In this document: piece by piece, positions 34,226 to 42,622 of the stretch
How positions within the stretch are numbered: position 1 is the stretch's first letter
How the letters are laid out: every line of letters starts with the position of its first letter
DNA from: Gemmatimonadales bacterium
GTDB lineage: Bacteria; Gemmatimonadota; Gemmatimonadetes; Gemmatimonadales; GWC2-71-9
Assembly (NCBI GenBank): GCA_035763885.1
Contig: DASUAH010000034.1
Location: forward strand, 104-64,103
Length of the DNA stretch: 64,000 bases
Direction: 5' to 3'
Position numbers and translations under genes: made by a program
The notes under the pieces: model-generated
What the model saw: only the letters and a program-made list of their open reading frames with translations
Database searches by the model: none
Told to the model about the DNA's origin: nothing

Positions 34226-34930
34226 CTATCCGCCGGTGTACCATGGCGCTTCGTGCGCACGCGAGGCCCGGCGCCGGTCCAGGCCCTCGGCCGACAGCTG
34301 ATAGCCGATGGCGGAGAGCCCGAGGCCGCCGTCCGCCGCCGCCGGTGCCTCGGCCGCGCGGGCCGCATCGGCGCCGAGGAACCGGGCCAGCATCCGGTAC
34401 CCATGCTCGGTCAGCACCGATTCGGGGTGGAACTGCACTCCCACCACCGGGTGCTCCGCGTGGCGGACCGCCATGATCTCGCCGTCATCCGACGTCGCCG
34501 TCACCCTGAGCCACGGCGGCACCGATCCCGGCGCGATCACGAGCGAATGGTACCGTGTGGCGAGCAGCGGGTTGGGGAGCCCCTGGAAGATGCCGGTGCC
34601 GTCGTGCCGCACGAGGGATGTCTTGCCGTGCATCGGCCGGCGGGCGCGCACGATCTCGGCGCCGTACGCCTCCCCGATGCACTGATGTCCCAGGCACACG
34701 CCCAGGATCGGGATCGTGGCGCCGAGCCGGCGCACCAGCTCGGTGGAGATGCCCGCCTCCTTCGGCGAACACGGGCCCGGCGAGATGATGATGTGCGACG
34801 GGCCGAGCCGCGCAACCTCCTCGATCGTGATCGCGTCGTGGCGGCGGACCACCGGCGTCTCGCCGAGCTCGCGCACGTAGCGTGCGAGGTTGTAGACGAA
34901 GGAGTCGTAGTTGTCGATGAGTAAGATCAT
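34226..34930 (-). CDS. pabA: aminodeoxychorismate/anthranilate synthase glutamine amidotransferase component
   Basis: MILLIDNYDSFVYNL, catalytic GVCLGHQ and GVQFHPES. About 45 aa of C-terminal extension. Confidence 0.85.
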   Translation of the reverse strand: MILLIDNYDSFVYNLARYVRELGETPVVRRHDAITIEEVARLGPSHIIISPGPCSPKEAGISTELVRRLGATIPILGVCLGHQCIGEAYGAEIVRARRPMHGKTSLVRHDGTGIFQGLPNPLLATRYHSLVIAPGSVPPWLRVTATSDDGEIMAVRHAEHPVVGVQFHPESVLTEHGYRMLARFLGADAARAAEAPAAADGGLGLSAIGYQLSAEGLDRRRASRAHEAPWYTGG

Positions 34931-34948
34931 GAGCTATGAGCAGCCACC

Positions 34949-36424
34949 TCAGACATGCGCCAGCGCCCGGATGATCCCCCGCGCCTTGTCCAGCGTCTCG
35001 CGGTACTCCTGCTCGGGGTCCGAATCCGCCACGATCCCGCCGCCGGCCTGAAAATACACCCGCCCGCCGAGCGCCACGGCGGTGCGGATCGCGATGCTGG
35101 TATCCATCTCGCCCGTGAGGCCCAGGTACCCGAGCGAGCCGCAGTACACGCCGCGCCGCGTCGGCTCCAGCTCGGCGATGATCTCCATCGCGCGCACCTT
35201 GGGGGCACCGGTGATCGAGCCGCCGGGAAACGCGGCGCGGATGAGTGCGACCGGATCGGCCCCGGGCTCGAGCTCGCCGACCACGGTCGAGACCAGGTGG
35301 TGCACGGTCGGATGGTGCTCGAGGGCGAAGAGCTCGGGTACGCGGACCGTCCCGGGCCGGCAGACGCGCGAGAGGTCGTTCCGGAGCAGATCCACGATCA
35401 TCACGTTCTCCGCGCGGTCCTTGTCGCTCTCGGCCAGCACCTGGCTGAGCAGGGCGTCGTGCATGGGGCCCAGCCCGCGCGGGCGGGTGCCCTTGATCGG
35501 GCGGGTCTCGACATGGGTGCCGGAGAGGCGGAGGAATCGCTCCGGTGAGACGCTGAGAATCTGATGGTCGCCGGCGTCGAACCACGCCCCGAACGCGGCC
35601 GGGTTCTGCCGCCGGAGGCGGCGATAGAGCGACCATGGGTGCTCTCCGAGCGGCGCCTCGAACCGCTGCGACAGATTGGCCTGGAAGATGTCGCCCGCGA
35701 GGATGTACTCGCGCACCCGCGCGACGGCGGACAGATAGCCGCGATGGGTGAACGTGGAGCGGAGTCCGATCTGCTCGGCGCTCTCGACGCCGTAGACCGG
35801 GAACGATGGGGCGCCGTCGGAGGAGGCGACCAGCCGAGGAGCGGGAGGGAGCTGCGGGGTACGGCTCGTCCGCTCGCCGCTCGCCAAGCGCCCGCGCACG
35901 AGTGCCAGTCGTTCCCCGGCCCTCCGGGTGCGTGCGGCCCCGTCGAGCGGCATTCCGGTCGACACGATCCACGCCGACCCCTCGCAGTGGTCCCAGGCGA
36001 TCACCCAGTCGTACACGCCCAGCAGCACGTCGGGCATTGCGAGGTCGTCGTAGCGCGGCGCCGGCAGCCGCTCGAGGGTGCTGCCCCAGTCGTACGCGAT
36101 GTAGCCCGCCGCCCCGCCCTGGAACGGCGGCAGACCCGCCACCCCGGGCGCGGCGAACGGGGCCAGCTCGGCGGCGATCGCGGCGAGGGCGTCCCCGCCG
36201 CTGCGGGTCCGGCGCCCGCCGGCATCCATCCTCTCGGTGGCGGAGCCCTTGCTGCGGACGACGACACACGGGTCCGCGCAGAGGAAGCTGTAGCGCCCGG
36301 TGCGCTCGTGATCGGCGGTGCTGTCGAGGAGGAGCACCAGCGGAAGGTCGGCGAAGCGCTCCGCCGCGTCGGCCGGATCCGGCACGGAGGCGAGCGGCTC
36401 GACCAACGGCACCGCGCGGCTCAC
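34949..36424 (-). CDS. pabB: aminodeoxychorismate synthase component I
   Basis: 491 aa chorismate-binding enzyme (GDIFQANLSQRF, PGGSITGAPK, RGVYCGSLGY). The pab rather than trp assignment is from context next to beta-RFAP synthase, which uses pABA. Confidence 0.8.
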   Translation of the reverse strand: MSRAVPLVEPLASVPDPADAAERFADLPLVLLLDSTADHERTGRYSFLCADPCVVVRSKGSATERMDAGGRRTRSGGDALAAIAAELAPFAAPGVAGLPPFQGGAAGYIAYDWGSTLERLPAPRYDDLAMPDVLLGVYDWVIAWDHCEGSAWIVSTGMPLDGAARTRRAGERLALVRGRLASGERTSRTPQLPPAPRLVASSDGAPSFPVYGVESAEQIGLRSTFTHRGYLSAVARVREYILAGDIFQANLSQRFEAPLGEHPWSLYRRLRRQNPAAFGAWFDAGDHQILSVSPERFLRLSGTHVETRPIKGTRPRGLGPMHDALLSQVLAESDKDRAENVMIVDLLRNDLSRVCRPGTVRVPELFALEHHPTVHHLVSTVVGELEPGADPVALIRAAFPGGSITGAPKVRAMEIIAELEPTRRGVYCGSLGYLGLTGEMDTSIAIRTAVALGGRVYFQAGGGIVADSDPEQEYRETLDKARGIIRALAHV

Positions 36425-37902
36425 TCGGTTTCCGCGGCGCGCGCGGCCCGGCGCGACCGCTGGGTGAGCTTGACGTGCTCGGCGCGGGGATCGTCCGGGG
36501 GCGTCAGATAGCCCCAGCTGAGTGCCCCTTCCTGCCGGTAGGTCTTGCCCAGCTGCAGCGCGAGCCTGGCCTTCATCAGCTCCCGGCCGAGGTAGAAGGC
36601 GTGCATGGGCTCATCGACGCCCAGCTGGGCGAAGATGGCCTGGACGTCGGTGCCGCGCACGAAGATCTCGTTGTTGAAGACGGTGATCGCGTCGCGGTCG
36701 GCGAAGATCCGGAAGTTCGGGTCCTTCACCGCGGCGTGCAGCTCGCGCAGCTCGGCCTCGCTGTAGCCGAGCACCTCGGGATCCTTCACCGTGACCAGCC
36801 GGTCGTCCACCCCCTTGGGGACCCGCCGTTCTCGCACGGCGTAGTGCATCAGGCGTCGCGCGACGTCGAGCTCGCGCACCGACCCGCGGGCCCACGGGAT
36901 CACCTCGGTCGTGAGCACGGCGCGGACGCCGACCTCCTCCGCGATCGCCATCAATACGGCGTTCACGCCGGTGGTGTCCGCCGCAGTGAGCTCGGTGATG
37001 TTGCCCACTCCCATGAGCTGCGCCGCGTCCGGATGGCGCCGGCGCACCTCGGCGTACCGCTCCAGGGACGCCATGAAGCCGAAGCCGATCGGCTCGATGA
37101 CCGGATCGACCAAATACGGCACCCCCCAACGCTCGAGCGCCGCGATGCTCCGGTCGAGCGTATCGAGTCCCGCGCCGAAGTCCGGGATCACCACGACCTT
37201 CCCGCCACCCTCGGCGACGTCCTGCGCCACGTCGAGGTTCGTGGCGTTCACGCTGAGCACGAGCTCGGCGCCGGCCGCGACCGCGGTCCGGATCTCGTCC
37301 GGATCGAAGGAATCGATGCTCACGCGGAGCCCCGCGCCGCGGAGCTCGCGCACCGACTCGCCGAGGTGCGGGAAGGACGCACCCGGGGTGCACCCGAGAT
37401 CGATGATGTCGGCGCCGTCCGCGCGGTACCGCTCCGCGGCGGCGCGGATCGCGTCGCGCGACAACTTCGCCGCGTTGTTGATCTCGGCCAGGATCTCGAT
37501 GCTGTAGGCGCCGTAATCGGGCGCCGCGGCGGCGCGGCCGAAGTAGGCGGGAATCTCGCGCAGGTCCTTCGGTCCCTTCTCCACGCGCACCCCGAACCGC
37601 TCCGCGATGACGGCCGGATCGCCCTCGCAGAGCCCCGGAATGAGCACGAGGTCCGTGCCGTCGGGCACCTGCAGGAAGCGCGCGATCCACGGCGCGGTCA
37701 TCAGGGCGGCCACCGTGATCTTGAGGACGGCGACATGCGCCTCGAAGGGCGGGTGCATGTCCGCCAGGGTGCGGCGGAGGGCCGGCTCGGCCAGCGTGCC
37801 GGTGACGAAGAGGACGCGGCGGATGGCCGGACGGCCGGACGGCGGGACGGCCGGGTGGCCGGTCCGCTCTTCGCTACGAGGACCGTCTGCCCCGGGGAGC
37901 AC
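36421..37902 (-). CDS. H4MPT-type dihydropteroate-synthase-like protein (MJ0301-like, with N- and C-terminal extra domains)
   Basis: Pterin-binding barrel (GADIIDLGCTPG...SIDSFDP...VLSVNA...DPVIEPIGFGF). The proposed start is GTG 37902. The track ORF 36421..39249 is a run-on through upstream genes. Confidence 0.8.
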   Translation of the reverse strand: MLPGADGPRSEERTGHPAVPPSGRPAIRRVLFVTGTLAEPALRRTLADMHPPFEAHVAVLKITVAALMTAPWIARFLQVPDGTDLVLIPGLCEGDPAVIAERFGVRVEKGPKDLREIPAYFGRAAAAPDYGAYSIEILAEINNAAKLSRDAIRAAAERYRADGADIIDLGCTPGASFPHLGESVRELRGAGLRVSIDSFDPDEIRTAVAAGAELVLSVNATNLDVAQDVAEGGGKVVVIPDFGAGLDTLDRSIAALERWGVPYLVDPVIEPIGFGFMASLERYAEVRRRHPDAAQLMGVGNITELTAADTTGVNAVLMAIAEEVGVRAVLTTEVIPWARGSVRELDVARRLMHYAVRERRVPKGVDDRLVTVKDPEVLGYSEAELRELHAAVKDPNFRIFADRDAITVFNNEIFVRGTDVQAIFAQLGVDEPMHAFYLGRELMKARLALQLGKTYRQEGALSWGYLTPPDDPRAEHVKLTQRSRRAARAAETE

Positions 37903-37934
37903 TGACCGGCCGGCCGTCCGCCCGTCTGTCCGTT

Positions 37935-38315
37935 CTATCGCGGCTCCCCCGACCGCACCCACTTGTTGGGCGTCCCCTCCAGCGCGCCTCCGCTGGGCCG
38001 CCAGAGCACGTGCTCTTCGATCTTCCGGGCAAGCTCGAAGTCTTTGTCCGTGATCCCCCCGGCGGCGTGGTTCTGGAGCTTCACGATGACCCGACCCCAC
38101 GTCACCGTGAGGTCCGGGTGATGATAGGCCGCTTCCGCGAGATAGCCGATCGTATTGACGAGCATCAGCGTGGTGGGCCAACCGTCGGTCTTGTACACCC
38201 GCCGGATCCAGCCGTCCTCCAGATACCAGCCGGGGAGCTCCTTGAGCTTCTCGTTGATCTCGGCGTCGGTGTAGGTGCGTTCCTTGGTAGCAGGCATCGA
38301 TCCTCCTCGTGGCAT
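37935..38315 (-). CDS. pterin-4a-carbinolamine dehydratase (PCD/DCoH family)
   Basis: LPGW...F.....A..F...V...AE...HHPD....W..V...L.TH pattern (LPGWYLEDGWIRRVYKTDGW...AEAAYHHPDLTVTWGRVIVKLQNH). An alternative start is ATG 38297. Confidence 0.85.
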   Translation of the reverse strand: MPRGGSMPATKERTYTDAEINEKLKELPGWYLEDGWIRRVYKTDGWPTTLMLVNTIGYLAEAAYHHPDLTVTWGRVIVKLQNHAAGGITDKDFELARKIEEHVLWRPSGGALEGTPNKWVRSGEPR

Positions 38316-38402
38316 CTATCCGCCATCCGCCGCCGCCGGGTCCGCCGCCGATCGTTGCCGCGCCGCGCGGAGCGGCCGCACCCCGACCGATGGCGGATGG
38401 CT

Positions 38403-39197
38403 TCACATGACGACCCCGCCGTTCACTACGATCATCTGCCCGGTGACGAACGCCGCCTCGTCGGATACGAGATAGACCGCCGCGGCGGCGACATCCTCCG
38501 GTGTGCCCCAGCGGCCGAGCGGCGTCCGCTCCATGACTTCCTGGCGCCAGGCAGGGTCGGCGTTGGCGCCAAACGCGGTCTCGATGAACCCGGGGGCGAG
38601 CAGGTTCACCCGGATGCGGGGCGCGACGTCCCGCGCGAGCGACGTGCTGAAGCTCGCCACCCCGCCCTTGGCCGCGGCGTAGAGCCCGGGGTTCTCCCCC
38701 GCCATCCCGAACGATACGTGGTCCCAGGCCATATTGACGATCGTACCGCCGGCCGGCTGCTCCCGCATCAGCTCGACCGCGGCCCAGGAGGCGAGAATCG
38801 TCGCGCGGAGGTCGATGGCGAGCACGAGGTCGAGCTTCTCGCGCCGGGACAGCCTGCCGAACTCCGCGGTCAGGATGTCGGCGCCGGCATTGTTGATCCA
38901 CCCGTCGACGCGGCCGAACGCTGCTCGGGCCGCGGCACCCAGGCCGGTGACCTGCGCGTCGTTCGAGAGCTCGAGGGGCAGCACCTCCGCCCGCCGCCCG
39001 AATGCGCGCACGTCGGCAGCGGTCCGGTCGGCGCCCGGGAGGTTGCGGCGGTACGTGAGCGCGACATCGGCTCCTTCCCGTGCGCAGGCGAGCGCGATCG
39101 CCCGGCCGATGCCGCTCGATCCGCCGGTCACCAGCACGACCTTGCCGGCCAGGCGCCCCCCGCAGGCCTCCGCCGCGCCCCCCTCCCGTTGCGCCAC
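38403..39197 (-). CDS. short-chain dehydrogenase/reductase (SDR), possible pteridine/dihydropteridine reductase
   Basis: GKVVLVTGGSSGIGRAIA, NNAG and YAAAKGG catalytic motifs. GTG start. The functional guess is from operon context only. Confidence 0.85.
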   Translation of the reverse strand: MAQREGGAAEACGGRLAGKVVLVTGGSSGIGRAIALACAREGADVALTYRRNLPGADRTAADVRAFGRRAEVLPLELSNDAQVTGLGAAARAAFGRVDGWINNAGADILTAEFGRLSRREKLDLVLAIDLRATILASWAAVELMREQPAGGTIVNMAWDHVSFGMAGENPGLYAAAKGGVASFSTSLARDVAPRIRVNLLAPGFIETAFGANADPAWRQEVMERTPLGRWGTPEDVAAAAVYLVSDEAAFVTGQMIVVNGGVVM

Positions 39198-39522
39198 GCC
39201 GCCTCCCCCCTTGACCGGTTCCAGTGTGCCAACCCCTAACCGCTAACATATCTTGACGTTAGCATCTCACAAGGGAGCCGCGCCGATGGTCGTTGCGCGG
39301 CAGTCATCCGGACGGGCAGCCCCGCTTGCGAACGGCGGCCGCGATTGCAGGAGCGCCGGGGCGTGCCGCGAAGCACCAGACGGAGCCGGGCGACCCGGCC
39401 CCGCGGACATCGGCAAGTATCGCTGCGCCAACAACCTGCGCCACACCGCCGGCAGGGCATAGCGTTTGCCACTGTCAGGCACATCTCCCGGTCGTCAACT
39501 ACCTCGTCAGCTCTGGATCTCC

Positions 39523-42500
39523 ATGACGCTCGGTCGGGGCCTGCTGCGCAGCCGATTCGGTCGCCGTCTGGTGCTGCTGTTCGTCGGCTGCGCGGTGGTC
39601 CCGATGGCGCTGCTCGCGGTCCTGTCCTGGCGGCACATGACCCGCCAGCTCGAGCGCCAGAGCCAGTTGCGGCTCCATCAGGCGAACCGCGCCCTCGGTC
39701 GCGCGGTCTTCGAGCGGCTGCTGCTGCTCGAGGCGACGCTCAAGAACATCCCCCCCACGGCCATCGCCGAGCTGGCGCGCAGCGCGCTCGTCCCGGAGCC
39801 ACCCGCCGCCGGGCCGCCGGCTCGTACCGGCGGCGTCACGGGCGCAGTGACCCGCGCGCCGGTAGACGGGCGGGTCGCGCTCGGGGGGCTGAAAGACCGC
39901 CGAGGTCGGGCCGGGGACCCGCCAGCGCCTCCGGCCCCGAGCCACGATCCGGAGGCGAGCCGTGCGCTCGCCGTCGGGCTCGATCTCCTCGCCCGCAGCC
40001 GCTTCGCCGCACTCGAGTTCCAACCCGACGTCGGCCGCCGCCTGCCGGTCTTCGGCCGGCTTGACCGGGTCCCCGCCCTCACGCCCGCGGAGAGCGCGTT
40101 CGTCGGGGAGAGCCATACGCTCGTCGTCACCGAGCACGCCGACACCGGCGCCGCGCGGATCTATCTCGTGCGTCGCATGGATCGGCGTGAGGCGCGGGGT
40201 TTCTTCGTCGGGGAGGTGAGCCCGGCTTACCTGTGGGGCACGCGCGAGCAGGGCATGCCGTCGCCGGCGACGCATCTGGCGGTCGTGGATGACTCGGGTC
40301 ACGTGCTGTTCGGCCCGCCGCCGGTGACATCGGCGTGGGGGGGACCGGTGGACGATACGGCCGCAACGGATCCGGCCGAGGCGGGGCTGTCCTCGACTCG
40401 CGTGGAACCCGAGGTGGTCGCCAGCTACTGGCCGGTGCCGATCGAGAGCGTGTTCGGCGCTCCCGACTGGATCATCGTGCTGAGCGAGCCGAGGGAGGCT
40501 GTGGTCGGGCCGATGACCGATTTTGCGTCGACCTTCGCGCTCATCATCGCACTCTGCACCGGCGTCGTGCTGCTCCTCAGCATGAGCCAGATCCGGCGGA
40601 GTCTGATGCCGCTCGAGGAGCTGCAGGAGGGGACCCGCCGCATCGCGCTCCGTGACTTCGACACCCGTGTGGCGGTCACCAGCCACGACGAGTTCGCCGA
40701 GCTGGCGGAGTCGTTCAACTCGATGGCCACACGGCTCGGCCGGCAGTTCCGGGCGCTGGACACGGCCGCCGACATCGATCGTGCCGTGCTCAGCGCCACC
40801 GATGCCACCACCATCGTCCGGGCGGTGCTCGCGCGGCTCCCCGACGTCTATCCGTGCGCCGGCGCCTGCATCACCCTGTTCCCGGCCGACCGGGGCGGTG
40901 CCGGGCCGAGCTGGGTGAGGAGCTTCGGGGCCGCCGGGGTCCCGGAGCTGAGGCGGGTCGAGTTCGCGCCGGGTGAGCTGCGCGCGCTGGCCGCGCTTCC
41001 CGAGGTGCTCGAACTCGGCGACGGCGATCCGCTCCCCGCGTGCGTGCGGCCCCTCGCCGAACTGGGGCTCCGCTCCTTCGTCGTGCTGCCGCTCGCCTAC
41101 CAGCAGCAGCTTGCCGGCGTGCTGGTGCTCGGCGCCGCCGACGCGTCGCGGACGCCGGACGACCTGCTGCACGCCCGGCGGCTGGCCGACCAGGTCGCCG
41201 TGGCGCTGTCCAACGCGCGCATGATCGATCAGGTGCGCACGCTGGCGTACTTCGACAGCCTCACCGGGCTGCTCAACCGCGCGGCCTACAAGGAGCGCCT
41301 CGCGCGGGCGCTCGCGCTGGCGAAGCGGGACCGGCGGTCTGCGGCGGCGTTCTTCATCGACCTCGACAACTTCGGCCGCATCAACGACACGCTGGGACAT
41401 GAGCTGGGGGACGAGCTGCTCCGCCAGGTGGCCGGCCGCCTGCGCGCCTGCTGCGAGGCTGAGGAAAGTGGGCCGGGCCCCCGGGCGCGGCCCGAGGTGG
41501 CGCGCATCGGCGGTGACGAGTTCACCGTCCTCGTGGGCGGCCTGCCCCGGCCGGAAGACGCGGTCGGGCTGGCCCGGCGCATTCTCGCCGTGTTCGCGCC
41601 CTCCTTCCAGCTCGGCCAGCACGACATGTTCACGACGGCGAGTGTCGGCGTCGCGGTCTACCCGGAGGACGGCGAGGAGGTGGAGACCCTGCTCGCCCAC
41701 GCCGACACGGCGATGTACGAGGCGAAGCATCAGGGCGGCAATGGCTACCAGCTTTACTCGCGCTCCATGAACGCGACCGCGCTGCAGCGCCTCACCCTGG
41801 AGAACGATCTCCGGCGGGCGCTGGAGCGCGACGAGCTGGTGCTCCACTATCAGCCCATCGTCGAGGCCGCGACCGGCGTCATCGTCGGCGCGGAGGCGCT
41901 GGTGCGCTGGCGCCACCCCTCGCTGGGACTCCTGCTCCCGGGCGAGTTCATCGCCATCGCGGAGGAGAACGGGCTGATCGTGCCGCTGGGGGAGTGGGTG
42001 CTGCGCACGGCGTGCGCCCAGAACCGCGGGTGGCAGAGCGCGGGCCTGCCCCCGATCCGGGTCGTGGTCAACCTCTCCGGTCGGCAGCTCCGGCAAGGCA
42101 ACCTGATCGCCGGCGTGCGGGACGCGCTGGAAGCCGCGGGACTGGAGCCGGAGTGGCTCGGCCTCGAGCTCACCGAGAGCATGCTCATGGAACGCCAGCA
42201 CGAGGGCGTGTCGGCGCTGCAGGCGCTCCGGGCCATGGGCATCCAGCTCTCCATCGACGACTTCGGGACCGGCTATTCCTCCCTCAGTTACCTCAAGCAC
42301 TTCCCGGTCGATACGCTGAAGATCGATCGCTGCTTCGTGCGGGACCTCGCCAGCGTGCCCGACGACGCCGCGATCACAGCGGCGATCATCGCGATGGCGC
42401 ACGCGCTCGATCTCCTGGTGGTCGCCGAAGGCGTCGAGACCGAGGAGCACCTCGGCTTTCTCCGGGCGCAGGGATGCGACGAGGTCCAGGGACACCTGCT

Positions 42501-42600
42501 GGGCCGGCCGGTCCTGCCGGAGCGGTTCGCGGAATGGCTGGCGCGACCCCGGCCGGTGATCCGGAGCTCCAGGCGCACGACCGGGATCCGCTCGGCCTGA
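39523..42600 (+). CDS. membrane sensor diguanylate cyclase/phosphodiesterase (periplasmic domain-HAMP-GAF-GGDEF-EAL)
   Basis: Two TM helices flank a ~300-aa periplasmic region. HAMP (LMPLEELQEGTRRIALRDFD), intact RIGGDEFTV, and EAL motifs (EALVRW, ELTES, DDFGTGYSSL). The start may instead be at 39466. Confidence 0.9.
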   Translation: MTLGRGLLRSRFGRRLVLLFVGCAVVPMALLAVLSWRHMTRQLERQSQLRLHQANRALGRAVFERLLLLEATLKNIPPTAIAELARSALVPEPPAAGPPARTGGVTGAVTRAPVDGRVALGGLKDRRGRAGDPPAPPAPSHDPEASRALAVGLDLLARSRFAALEFQPDVGRRLPVFGRLDRVPALTPAESAFVGESHTLVVTEHADTGAARIYLVRRMDRREARGFFVGEVSPAYLWGTREQGMPSPATHLAVVDDSGHVLFGPPPVTSAWGGPVDDTAATDPAEAGLSSTRVEPEVVASYWPVPIESVFGAPDWIIVLSEPREAVVGPMTDFASTFALIIALCTGVVLLLSMSQIRRSLMPLEELQEGTRRIALRDFDTRVAVTSHDEFAELAESFNSMATRLGRQFRALDTAADIDRAVLSATDATTIVRAVLARLPDVYPCAGACITLFPADRGGAGPSWVRSFGAAGVPELRRVEFAPGELRALAALPEVLELGDGDPLPACVRPLAELGLRSFVVLPLAYQQQLAGVLVLGAADASRTPDDLLHARRLADQVAVALSNARMIDQVRTLAYFDSLTGLLNRAAYKERLARALALAKRDRRSAAAFFIDLDNFGRINDTLGHELGDELLRQVAGRLRACCEAEESGPGPRARPEVARIGGDEFTVLVGGLPRPEDAVGLARRILAVFAPSFQLGQHDMFTTASVGVAVYPEDGEEVETLLAHADTAMYEAKHQGGNGYQLYSRSMNATALQRLTLENDLRRALERDELVLHYQPIVEAATGVIVGAEALVRWRHPSLGLLLPGEFIAIAEENGLIVPLGEWVLRTACAQNRGWQSAGLPPIRVVVNLSGRQLRQGNLIAGVRDALEAAGLEPEWLGLELTESMLMERQHEGVSALQALRAMGIQLSIDDFGTGYSSLSYLKHFPVDTLKIDRCFVRDLASVPDDAAITAAIIAMAHALDLLVVAEGVETEEHLGFLRAQGCDEVQGHLLGRPVLPERFAEWLARPRPVIRSSRRTTGIRSA

Positions 42601-42622
42601 CGGCCGACCGCCCCCGCAGCCG

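Noticed and set aside
36421-39249. 942-aa run-on ORF, and similar run-ons (53321..55744, 46239..47987, 30128..32275, 18881..20230, 6638..8623, 49016..50533, 54706..56262, 62785..63945)
   Set aside because: The recognisable protein occupies only the 3-prime part in each case. The upstream extension crosses other well-supported genes in a different frame because stop codons are rare at this GC content. Starts were reassigned to internal ATG/GTG codons, often overlapping the preceding stop.
39242-39263. Palindrome GCTAAC-N10-GTTAGC between the SDR operon and the GGDEF-EAL gene as an operator
   Set aside because: A 6-bp arm is too short to distinguish from chance without comparative data, and no convincing -35/-10 pair is associated with it. 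It is mentioned only as context in the GGDEF-EAL finding.
39499-42495. 998-aa minus-strand ORF
   Set aside because: It is antisense to the GGDEF-EAL sensor gene, whose plus-strand translation carries intact HAMP, GGDEF and EAL motifs. This is a shadow ORF.
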